19,341 bases of DNA, taken from Piromyces finnis finn. Its lineage: Eukaryota; Fungi; Neocallimastigomycota. Positions within the stretch are counted from its first letter, which is position 1. Every line of letters begins with the position of its first letter. The position numbers and the translations under genes are program-made. The notes beneath the pieces are model-generated. The model was not told the DNA's origin. It saw only the letters and a list, made by a program, of their open reading frames with translations, and did not search any database. The stretch lies in the NCBI GenBank assembly GCA_002104945.1, contig MCFH01000188.1, positions 1 to 19,341 on the forward strand. The letters are read 5' to 3'. This document shows positions 1 to 11,300 of this stretch, one piece after another.

Positions 1-1217
1 TAATTTTGAATTTTACTTCAAAAAGTGATTATTATATATATCTTTTGTTATAACTATATAGTTATATTTATTAAGATTTAAAATCGTTTTTATAAAAATT
101 AATAAAATTGTTTTGTTAAAACACTAAATTGTTTTATTAGAAACACTTGTTTTTCTAATATTTAAATATTTAAATATATTTATTTAAGTATAAAAGTGAT
201 TATTAAAAATAAAATATAATCTAACTATAATATTTCTTTATTAATAATAATAATATGATTAAAATAAGAATATTTCATGTATTATATTTTCTTTTAAATT
301 TAAACTATTTACATTAAAATAATAAAATAATAAAAAAAAAAAATTAAAATAACAATAAAAGTAATTAAAAATAAAAATAAAGAAATAAGTTAAAGTAAAA
401 AATTTTACATTAATTAAAGTAATTAAATTATAAGTTGTTTAATTATATTATTTTAAACATGAATTATATATTTGTTTACTTTTAAAGTGTAATTTACTAA
501 CGAAGTTATTAAATATTTAATTTAACAATTAATTTAACAAAAGTTATATATTTTGATCTCGATTAATTAAAGTTTATTATTTTCTTTCAATAATCAAAAT
601 ATATGCAGTTTTAGGATTAATTTCATTTTAGAATTTTAGTAAAGTACTTAATTAAACTATACCTTATTTTAAGTTACTTTTAGGGTTAACTTAAAAATCA
701 GGTTTAATAATAATTTATATTTATTAATTTCATTATTTATCAACTGTAAGAAATAATAATTATTTGATATATAATTAATATTTCTTAGTTAAAATCATTA
801 ATTATTAAACATTAATTAATGTTATTAATATTAGTTTATTTAAATAATTATTCTCATTTAAAATTTATTTTAATTATTTATTTTCACTTAATTTAATATC
901 TTAAATTACATTTAGCCATTTAATTATATTATTCATTAATATTTTTATTTAATATTTTTATTCATTCAAGATGTATTAAACCATAACATATATATATTTA
1001 ATAATACAAGAGTTATTAAATATTAAAACTTTATAATTAAATAAAATAATTTTATATTTTAAACTAACAAAGACTTGCAAATGAACAAGTATAAAAATCA
1101 TTTATTCTATTTTTATTTTCTTATTTATTTTTATTTATTAAATTTTAGATACAAATATTATCACTTTCTATATTCATTTATAGAATTAAGATAATATTTT
1201 TCTTCGTATCAAATTTC

Positions 1218-2813
1218 TGTAAAAGGTGTTTTTATAATATAGTTAATAAGTTATTAATATTTAGCTAATTAAGTTAGTTATTACCTCTCTATACGAGTTA
1301 ATAACTAAATAAAGTTTTATAAAAATAATAAAAGAAATAAAATAAATATTTAAACACTAAAGTAATTACAAAAAAAAACGTATAAAGATTTTATGAAATA
1401 ATGTTTACTTAAATAATTCTATATTAATTATATCTTTTATTTTTATTATAATAAATTACATTATTATTATTATAGTTACTAATTTACTTTAATACTAACG
1501 CTAAAGTATTTTACTTAGTTTCAACTATACTATTTAACTATATTAGTTTATTTTCTTTACCACTTGATTGGGTAAAGTAAATAAACTTCCTATTTAATTA
1601 ATAACCATTAATATATGGTTATACATATATCTGGCGCAATAAATGGTGACCAGAATATATGGTTTGTAAAAGTTTTACTAAACTTATAATTTAATATTAA
1701 AATATTAAATTAAATAAAAGGTTAAAAGATAACTAGGTTAGAAAAAAAAAATGTTTTATTAAAATAATCTTAATTGATTTATAAATGAATAATTAATTAA
1801 TATATTATGGTTAAAATAATTTCTTTTATTTTATTTAATGATATATTGCTAAAATATATAATAATAAGATTATTTAGTAGTAATACTCATTAAGTATTAA
1901 TTATTATTAATAGTTAATAATTTATAGTTAATAATTTAATAATTTATGGTTAATAATTTTTGGTTAATAATCTTTACAAAGATTTTAATTTCATAACTAT
2001 TCTAAACTATTTATACTATTTGTAATTTTACATTTAATAATAAAATAACTTTTCAATACATGATTATATTCATAATATATTTATAATACTTAAACTAAAC
2101 TTAAGACTTATTCCTAATTATTAAAAATAACTATTGTTTATAATATTCATAATATTAATTATTTCTTAATTATAATATAATTCATTGAATATAATATTAA
2201 TATATAATCCTCTAGTTCAAAGATTATAAATTATGTTATTGAATAATTATTATAAAATAAAGTTAATTAGTTCCGGAAAATAATTTTAATTTAATTAAAC
2301 ATAATTTTTTATACTTTGAGTGAATGATTTATGTTTGATATATCAGGGGTGATCATTCTCTGAATAAACAATTAATCATTGCTAACAAAATATCTTTAAA
2401 TTGGAATATCTCGTGAACCAGCAGAGATATTGACCTGATTTTAAGATATGTTGTTTGTCTCGAGCGTGGCTTTCTAACGAATAATTATATAACCAAAACA
2501 TTTTTATTCAAAAATCGTCATTCGTTGAGGAGATACGCGTGTTTTTCTTATTCCATTTTAACGATAAGGGTTAAAGTTATTTATTTATAAAAATTATTAA
2601 GGGTTAAGGTCATATTTTAACCTTTCTAAATTTTTAAATATTTCTTAATAAAATTTTATAATTTATTTGAAAATAAAATATTGTTGATTTTGAATTTTCA
2701 TAAGTGATTTCACAATTCCAAGTGATCTTGAAATTGTAATTTCACTAGTATTCGTGACATGGTTTCAATTGAAATATTTGTGGGCAAACTTATGGCCACA
2801 AATATTTCTTACA
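1218..2813 (-). repeat. 3' LTR of element A (about 496 bp once solo LTR C and one TSD copy are removed)
   Basis: 1218-1664 joined to 2765-2813 aligns colinearly with 15008-15500. Termini TGTAA...TTACA. Confidence 0.93.
1665..2759. mobile_element. Element C: solo LTR (1095 bp) of a third family inserted in the 3' LTR of A
   Basis: Begins TGTAAAAG, ends GTGACA (TGT...ACA). Flanked by a perfect 5-bp TSD TGGTT (1660-1664 and 2760-2764). The uninterrupted site AATATATGGTTTCAATTG is present in the other A LTR (15441-15458). No coding capacity. Confidence 0.85.
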
Positions 2814-2822
2814 ATGCCCCCT
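2814..2822 (-). promoter_or_regulatory. Polypurine tract of element A
   Basis: Minus strand AGGGGGCAT immediately before the 3' LTR start TGTAAG and just after the integrase stop. Confidence 0.75.
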
Positions 2823-2833
2823 AAGGAGAAAAC

Positions 2834-3384
2834 CTAGGTGGGGTTTTGGACACTAACCATGAATTCCTGGTAGCATTTATCTTGAAATTCCTTGAGTAGC
2901 TTATCATAGTGGGAGTTCTTGTCAATGATATCAGCATCAACCCACTCTTGCCTAAAGTCACTAAAGGTAGCTAAGTATTGGTAGTTATCCTTCTTTCTTC
3001 TAGCATTCATGATTTTGATGATTTTCTGGTAGCCCACTGGTGCAGGTGTTAGTTCTTCAGGTTTGTTATGGTAGGGTTCAAGTTCACTGATATGAAACAC
3101 TGGGTAGACGTTGGGGAAAGGTGACTTGCTGATATCCAACCGGTAGTTAAGCTTGCTTTCATTAATTCCAATAACCTTGAAAGGACCGTACTTTCTTGCT
3201 TGTAGCTTGTAGAAGGGAAGAGGGTTGTAATTTTCTGGTTTTCTTAACCACACCAAATCCATGAGCCTAATTTTAGGGTAGTTAAGTTCTCTTCTATGGT
3301 CCAAGTGGTCTAAGAACCGTGTTCTTGATATGTCCAGCATGTGCTTTAAGTTACCTAAGTTGTGAGCGAAGCTATCTATACAGG
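2834..3384 (-). pseudogene. Element A pol fragment: integrase C-terminus (GPY/F motif) and divergent chromodomain
   Basis: KLQARKYGPFKVI...YPVFHISELEPY, then a chromo-like segment YQKIIKI...YQYLATFSDF...EWVDAD...LLKEF. The frame stays open upstream of the ATG at 3340 to about 3384 (..CIDSFAHNLGNLKH-MLDIS). Confidence 0.85.
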
Positions 3385-4780
3385 AGCTTCGCCAAGTGAG
3401 TGGACAAGTTCTGAATCTTGAGGGTTCATATGTACCTGGTAGTTATACAAGGCTAGGAATGGGGACTGCTTAGTAGAACTGTGCACTGCATTATTATAAC
3501 AGAACTCAGCTAAGTACAAGTACTTCAACCATTCGTCGTCATCAAAGGTCTTCACAAAGCATCTAAGGTACATACTTACGTAGGAGTTGTTACGTTCTAC
3601 CTGACCAACTGTTTCATGATGGCCAGTAGTAGCAAGGTTTACTTCTACACCAAAGAACCCCATAATGTCCTTCCACAACTTACTAGTGAACTGGACACCA
3701 CGATCCGTAGTAACCGATTTGGGACAACCATGTAACTTGAATACATGTTGTAAGTATGCTAATGCTGTTTCTTTAGCAGTAGGCATACTCCTAAATCCCA
3801 CTAAGTGTATCATTTTGGTTAACTTATCGCTACAAACCATGATACAACCTCTTCTAGTGACTTCTGGGGGTTCTGATGGACTACTACCTGGTTTTCTGCG
3901 TTCCTTAATAGGTAGGTCCGTCAGGAAGTCAATTTCTACTTCTTGCCAAGGTAAGTCTGCAACTTTTACCCTAGCAGCGCTACCATACGGCTTGTGTCTG
4001 TTGTCCTTTTGGGTACAACATATGGTGCAAGCTTTAATATAACCCGCAATGTCATCCTTCATTTTTGGCCAGTAATAGTTTCTGGCTATCAGGTCGTAAG
4101 TCTTATCCTTTCCTAAGTGACCCGCTGTTTCACTATCATGGTTAAGTTTTATGATTGTTTCCCTTAACACCTTTGGTACATATGTACGTTCTGGTGCATC
4201 CTTCCTAACAATCAACCCATTAACCATCAACCACTTCTTTTTGATGAGCTTGTGGCCTCTTTTTGCGTCAAGACCATCTCTAATTTCCCTAGCAAGCTCA
4301 TCCGTGTTGTAAGCTTGTTTCAATTCTCCCACAAAGCTTACTTCTAACACCGCATAGCACTCTTCTTCCACTGGTGGAAATTCTTTTACCTGTTCAGGTC
4401 GAAGGAGGCTAGCTTTTTCCATCTCCAGTTGTACCTGTTCTGGAGATACCATTCTTGATAGGATATCGGCTCTACCATTCATTTTTCCTGGCCGATATAT
4501 TATTTCGAAGTTGTATGCAGCAAACAGCTCTTGCCATCTTGCCTGTCTTGCTGTCAACAACTGTGGTTTTGTGGCGAACAGGAGATTCCTATGGTCACTA
4601 TATACTAGGACCTTATGTTTCGCACCCATCAACAGGTGTCGCCACTCGATGAAAGCATTCCTAATAGCCAACAACTCCTTTTCTGTGATGGAGTAGTTGA
4701 TTTCTGCTTTCGTAAGCTTCTTGGAATAGTAATACACAGGGTGTAGTTCATTGTCATCGCCTAGTTGTGATAATACACCA
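3376..4780 (-). pseudogene. Element A pol fragment: RNase H and integrase (H2C2 zinc finger and DDE core)
   Basis: YSITEKELLAI, YSDHRNL, RADILSR (RNase H). HDSETAGHLG...CTICC (HHCC). IDFLTDLP, TTDRGVQF, TVGQVER (D-D-E). AEFCYNN..HSSTKQSPF. Confidence 0.93.
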
Positions 4781-5693
4781 CCACCGCGTAGTTACTAGCA
4801 TCGCACTCCACTATAAACTGACGGTCATGGTCAGGATATGCTAATACTGGTGGAGACAACAGCATTTCTTTTAACTTCTCGAACGCCTGGATGCGTTCTT
4901 CATTCCACAGGAACTGTACCTTTTTGGACGTCATAGCATATAACGGCCTTGCTATCTTAGAGAAGTCCTTTATAAACTTCCTATAATAGTCGCAGAATCC
5001 AAGGAATGACTGTAGTTCTTTGAGGTTGGTTGGTTGTGGCCAACTTGCTACAGCTTTTAACTTCTCTGGGTCGGTTTTAATACCATATTTTCCAACTACA
5101 TGACCCAGGAATGCAAGTTCTTCCTTGTGAAACTCACACTTCGCTAACTTAGCTACTAGACGATTATCTATTAGCTTTTGTAGGACTCTTTTTACATGCC
5201 CTACATGCTCTTCAAGTGACTTGGAGTAGATGATGATATCGTCCAAGTACACTTGGCAGCAGTCGTTGATTTTTTCTGCCAGCACCGTATTAATGAACCC
5301 TTGGAACGTGGCAGGAGCATTAGTCAACCCAAATGGCATCACTAGATATTCATAATGCCCAAACTTGGTTGAGAATGCCGTCTTGTATTCGTCACCTTCA
5401 CGAATACGCACGAGGTTGTAGGCAGACTTCAAATCCAACTTGGAGAAGATAGTCGCGCCTTTCATAGCTTCAAACACTTGACTGATGAGTGGTAAGGGGA
5501 AGGAGTTACGCACTGTTACCTTATTAAGACGCCTATAGTCAGTACATAATCGTCTTTCACCACTCTTTTTGGGCACGAATAACACAGGATAACCTGCAGG
5601 ACTCTCTGACTTCCTGATGAAGCCCTTTGCCAGGTTTTCCTCTATATATTCCTTCAGTGCTTTTTCCTCTTCTGGATTGAAGGGATATATAGG
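4761..5693 (-). pseudogene. Element A pol fragment: reverse transcriptase
   Basis: LFVPKKSGERRLCTDYRRLN, FSKLDLKSAYNLVRI, KTAFSTKFGHYEYLVMPFGLTNAPATFQ, VYLDDIIIYS, FLGH, CDASNYAV. The frame extends upstream of 5585 as IYPFNPEEEKALKEYIEENLAKGFIRKSESPAGYPV. Confidence 0.95.
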
Positions 5694-6025
5694 CCTTTAT
5701 GAAGACTAGCATCCGGCTCCAGGTCGATCTTACAGTCGTAAGGACGGTGTTCTGGTAGCTGGTTAGCTATTTCTTCATTAAATGCTTCTTTGAAATTGTG
5801 GTAGTACTTCTCCACGATTTCTTCAGGCGTAGGTTGATTTTCGTTTAAGTTTTCTTCCTGTACCAACCCTACGTAAATGTGATTTTTCTCTAAGTTCGAC
5901 TCTTGTACCAACCCTACTGAAACACAAGTTTTCTCTAAGTTGGATTCAAATGCCAACCCTCCGGAATCACATTTTTTCTCTAAGTCAACACTCTGTACCA
6001 ACCCTACTGAAACGGGATTTTTTTT
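5654..6025 (-). pseudogene. Element A pol fragment: protease-RT linker with 15-aa repeats and start of RT
   Basis: Repeats (V/G)GL(VQ/AF)..NLEK, then LPEHRPYDCKIDL, the typical Ty3 pre-RT motif (compare LPPHRPYDCEIKL in element B). Confidence 0.85.
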
Positions 6026-6055
6026 AAGTTGGAACTCGATGCCAACCCTCCGGAA
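5857..6055 (-). repeat. Coding tandem repeat with 45-bp period in the PR-RT linker of A
   Basis: Core CCAACCCT recurs at 5863, 5908, 5953, 5998 and 6042 (spacings 45, 45, 45, 44). Confidence 0.85.
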
Positions 6056-7737
6056 CTTCCGTTCCTGGTTTCTTTTGTAGCCTTGTGGCTACCATTACCC
6101 ACGATTTCGGCTTCTATGTTTTCCGCAGTTACAGTTACCAGAGGCCTTCTTGCTTTTGCATTAGTAACTGTAGTTATGGGACTTAATTGAGTACAGTAGT
6201 AGATGTCGCCACCATTTACACCATATCTGTTGGTATGTCCTTTATCCTTATCATTATCTACTACGAAGTACCTCACTTGTGCATCTTTATCATAACCTCT
6301 GTAGATAAAGTGCTCATCCATGAAGCCCAGTCCCACAATGATCATCTCCGGCATGTTGTCGGATAGGTGACAACTTGTGTTGAAGCAGTATGGTTTAGCT
6401 TCTTGTTCGCCAGATGGAGTTAACCATAACTTCAACTGCAAGTCATCTGAGAACTGCTTTAACTCGATATCTCCATTCACAGTTCTGAATATGGCTGGTT
6501 TGTCCACTACCTTTAACCCGAGCTTCTTTGCTAAATTTGGGTGGATGAGGTTTGTAGTGGAACCAGTATCATACAAGACTTCTACCCTTTTTATATCTCG
6601 AGGGTTGCTTCTTGCATTTATTTCAGCTACTAGTTGGTTCTGACTGTAGTAACTGTTATTGACCGTCGTTTGACTTGCCATAGCCTTAAGTAGTGGGTTA
6701 TTTCCCATACTAGAAGGTCCTTGCCTTGGTTGGAAGCTAGAACTTCTTCTAAAGCTTGACTTATTTAAGGATTCACGACGTTCTTTAGTACCGTTATTGT
6801 TTTTTGCGTAAGCCTGAGTGTTGGTCTGCTCAACTTTAGGCTTATTATTTGGCTTGTTGTTCTTCTGCTTTAACTCAGCCCATCTAGATGGTCTACATGG
6901 GTCTGTGATGTCCAACAAGGCCATAATAGTGGTCTGGCGGTCTCTTTTGTCGTACTTTTCTATGGTTTCATTACGGAAGACTGCTTGGTGATCATCGCAC
7001 TTTAACAAGACTTCACTTAATGTTTCCAGCGTACGTTCCTGTTCAGGGATATCATAGAACGCTTCCCTGACAGAAGGCCTGACCTGTTGTATTAACACCT
7101 GTCTCCTAACATTTTCAGGAAGCCCAAGTGTTTCCGTCAATTCATTGAACTCTTCCAAGTAATCGTATGCTTTTCCCCACTCATGTGTGAGCTTAAGCAA
7201 CTTTGACTTGCAGAGTTCATGGGGAGACTCTGGTGGGAACTTATCTTGAAGGTGGAGGAATAGTCTTTCAGCATCAGGATTCCTACGCTGCAACATCCTC
7301 TCTCTAAGTCTATACCATCTCAATACTTTCCCACCTAGATGATCTTCAATGAAGCTAACCTTTGCCTTTTCGTCGTTACCATAGTCATATGGGTAACGTT
7401 TGAAATGACGTAAGCACTTCTCTTGAAAACCCTCTAAGTCTATCCCATTATTATCAAACATAGGCACTTTTTCTTCATACCTATGTACTCGCCAGTCGAA
7501 CATCTTCACATCCCCATCCTCGGAGTATTCCGTAGGGTTGGTGCTGCTACTAGTTCCAGCACCATGAGGATTACCCATACCACCGGTTTGATAGGATGTT
7601 CTTTCATGAGCTCTGGCTTCAGCTCTTCTGTTCATGGCTTCGACTTTAGCCTCGAACAATTTTTCTCTTTCTTCTAGAGCATTTCGTTGCTCCCTCAATC
7701 TGGCCATCTCTTTTTTCAAGCTCTTTTTTATAAGAGA
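6004..7737 (-). pseudogene. Element A gag C-terminal part (capsid-like) fused in frame to aspartic protease
   Basis: Retrotransposon-gag-like segment KVSFIEDHLGGKVLRWY...YLEEFNELTETL. Protease motif VLYDTGSTTNLI (DTG at 6562-6570) and MIIVGLGFM. No CCHC knuckle. Starts at the insertion point of element B. Confidence 0.85.
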
Positions 7738-7742
7738 CAAAG

Positions 7743-8346
7743 TGTAATGCTGACACAGAAAGAATAGATTAGGATATCTATTCTATTACAATAACACAAA
7801 ATTTAAAATAAAATAAAAAATTGTTTTATTAAAAATATCTTTTATTATAATAGAAATTTTATTAATAACAATTACATCGATAAAATGATGAAAAATATCT
7901 TCTATTTATATTTTTCCTAAATACATTTATATTATATTATAACTATTTATTTCTTATATATTATTATTTAAAATCTACACTAAAATCTTAATTATTAATA
8001 AATATTTAAACTATAACTATTTTTAGTAAAATACAATTGGCAATTCAAATTAAGTACTATTCAATTTGAATATGTGCCCATGTATTATTGATATATTAAT
8101 CATTTATTATTTATTTATTTCTATGAAAAAACAATACTAAAACTAGGGATTTAAATTGAGAATATTAATTTACTTGTTAAACATTAAAAATAAATTAATA
8201 ATTTATTTTGTTTTAAACTTTAATTATTAATAAATAAATTATGTCTCATTTTCTTTTTCTGAATATAATTTGTGTAACTTAAACAATAATACTTGTGGCT
8301 TAAGTTACATTAAAGATATCAAACAGAGGCGTTTGATATCTTTACA
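7743..8346 (-). repeat. 3' LTR of element B
   Basis: TGTAATGC...CTTTACA, matches 13513-14116 base for base. Confidence 0.97.
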
Positions 8347-8358
8347 ATCTCTCTCTCT
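8347..8358 (-). promoter_or_regulatory. Polypurine tract of element B
   Basis: Minus strand AGAGAGAGAGAT abutting the 3' LTR start TGTAAAG. Confidence 0.85.
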
Positions 8359-8382
8359 AAGTCGAGCTCCTGCGAGATTAAT

Positions 8383-11300
8383 TTATAAGGAATCTTTTCT
8401 CGAAGGAATTTCAATTACAAATGGTTGGTATCTGTGCTTGATTAGATTACCAACTTTATTCTTTCTAATTTTCATGGAGGAGTCGTTCGACTTATATTTT
8501 GACTTTTTAGAGTTTCTTTCAAACTCTTGTATTAATTGTTTATCTGGAATCTGATCTTCAGAAATCCAAGTGGATTTGTCAAATCCTTTCCATGATAACT
8601 TATAAAATGTTTCACCATTAACAGATTTCATCTTTTCAATTTTCTCTGGAATTTTTTCAATTAAATCTGTGTTAAGGTGAATGTTCCTCTTCCTACGATT
8701 AGACCTGTCGTTAAACTTGTTTTCAAAGTATGGTTCTAACAATGAAACATGAAAGACTGGATGACATCTCATTGTCTTTGGAAGTTTCAATTTGAAAGCG
8801 AGAGAACTAACTTTTCCAATTATCTCAAATGGGCCAAGCATTTGAGGTGCTAATTTTCTCTTTAGGTTAGTTCCAGGAGAATCTTTCAATAACCATACTT
8901 TCTTTCCCACTTCGAACTCCGGGGGAATCATTCTCTTCATATCGGCATATTTCTTATATGTTTCTTTTGCTTTTTCTAAGTTTTCTTTTAATAATTTAAA
9001 GTTTTCATTCATATCAATTACTCTTTGTTCAGCTCTACTAGGTCTATCATTAGCCGGGATTTCCAAGCTGAACTTTGGATGAAAACCATAATTAGCAAAG
9101 AATGGGGATTGATTTATAGATTGTTGTAAAGTATTATTATATGCAAATTCAGCAAATGGGATAAGATCAACCCAGTTATTCTGCTTTTTATTTATAAAAC
9201 AACGGAAATATTGTTCTAATATGCCGTTCACCCTCTCCGTTTGACCATCTGTCTGCGGATGGTTGGCAGTTGATAATGAATGATTGATATTAAGAAGGTC
9301 ACAAAGTCTTGACCAAAAGTCAGAAGTAAATTGCGAGCCTCTATCAGAAATGATGGAATCAGGAAGACCATGCAAACGGAAGACATTAGCAATAAAAGCA
9401 TCAGCAGCAATCGAAGCAGTAGGAAGACAACGTAAAGGAATGGCGTGAGCAAATTTAGTAAATCTATCGACAACAACCATGAGAGTTGTCATATCTCTGG
9501 ACTTAGGAAGATCAACAATAAAATCAATAGAAATATCAGACCAGGGCCTACTGGGAGTGTCCAAAGGGGATAACAATCCATAAGGCTTATGTCTGGGGAC
9601 TTTGGATTTGCAACAAGTCACGCAAGATTTGATAAAAGATTTAACGTCTGAATGAAACCTTGGCCACCAAAAGTTTCTGGAAATCAGTTCAGTGGTTTTC
9701 TTAATACCGAAATGACCAGCAGCAACAGAATCATGATGAAGTTCCAAAACTCTTGTCCTAAGAGATTTAGGAACATAAATAAGATTATTATATAACAAAA
9801 ATCCTTCGTTATCAATAATAACTTTATCAATATTTTTAATAGGTGCATTACATGCAGAACCATTCATTTTAAATTGGACAATAGAATTATACAAATCGTC
9901 ATTTTTAAGTTCTAATAAAATAGAATCGATTAACGGTTTGTTATCGCTATGATGAAACGAAATAGTAAGACAAGAAACATCAGAATTAATATTATTCTCT
10001 AAATGGTCACTTCTACGAGACAGGATATCAGGCTTACCGGATTTCTTTCCAGCTCTATAAATGAGTTTAAAATCAAATCTGGATAAGAACAAATTCCATC
10101 TAATTTGTCTCTGAGATAACATTTCAGGTTTTCTAGGAAATGTTAAATTCTTGTGATCAGTATAAATTATGAACGGATGGCGTGCACCTTCTAAATAATG
10201 ACGCCATTCTTCAAGAGCAACTACAATAGCTAAAAGTTCCTTGTCATATATAGGATAGTTTCTTTGACAACTCGTCAAACTTTTAGAAAGAAATGCAATA
10301 GGATGTAATTTGCCATCAAATTCTTGAGAGAGAATAGCACCGACAGCATAATTACTAGCATCAGTTTCTACAATAAATTGTTTATTACTATCCGCATGTT
10401 TTAGAATAGGAGCTGACGTGAACAGAGATTTTAATAAAATAAAAGCGTCCTGATCTTCTTTCACCCAGTTAAAAGCAACATTCTTTCTAGTGAGTTTGTG
10501 AAGAGGGTTTGCAATTTTAGCAAAGTCTTTAATAAAAATTCTGTAATAGTTGCATAAACCAATAAAAGACTGAACCTCTTTAACATTCTTGGGAACCGGC
10601 CAATCGAGAATTGCTTTAATTTTATTCTCATCCATTTGCAATCCATCCTTTGAAATGACATAACCAAGAAAAGTGGTTTTCTCAACATCAAACTCACATA
10701 TTTCTAATTTAACATAAAGATTATTTTCAAGTAGTTTCTTAAGTACCTTTTTAACATGCTCATGATGTTCTTCGATATTATTAGAATAAATAAGAATATC
10801 ATCAATATATGAGATAACAAAATCGTCTAAATAGTCACTAAGGACATCGTTAATGAAGTGTTGAAAAGTTGCAGGTGCATTCTTTAATCCAAAAGGCATA
10901 ACCAGATATTCAAAATGACCATACCTAGTACGAAAAGCCGTTTTGTATTCGTCACCTTCTTTAATACGAACAAGATTATAAGCGGATTTAAGGTCTAATT
11001 TGGTAAAAATCTTAGCATTTTTCACCCTATCCAAAAGGTCACTTATTAAAGGTAAAGGATATGAATTACGAATTGTAATATTATTCAACCTTCTATAATC
11101 AATACAAAGTCTTAAGGAACCGTCCTTCTTTTTAACAAACAAAATTGGGGCACCAGCAGGAGACGATGATTTCCTAATAAAACCTTTATTTAAATTTTCA
11201 TCTATATACTTTTTAAGTTCCTCTCTTTCAACTTCAGTTAATGGATACAAGGGTCCATAAAATAAAGTTGAATCATCCTTAAGTTTGATTTCACAATCAT

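Noticed and set aside
1-1217. Possible gene or element in the left AT-rich flank
   Set aside because: No long ORF, terminal repeat or match to other parts of the window. Treated as host intergenic DNA.
2560-2612. Telomere-like TAAGGGTT repeats
   Set aside because: Only two separated copies inside solo LTR C, with no tandem TTAGGG array.
6018-6025. Programmed -1 ribosomal frameshift at the A8 run
   Set aside because: It falls between protease and RT rather than at the gag-pol junction. The 45-bp repeat register shows a one-base loss, and several other one-base indels occur in the same element.
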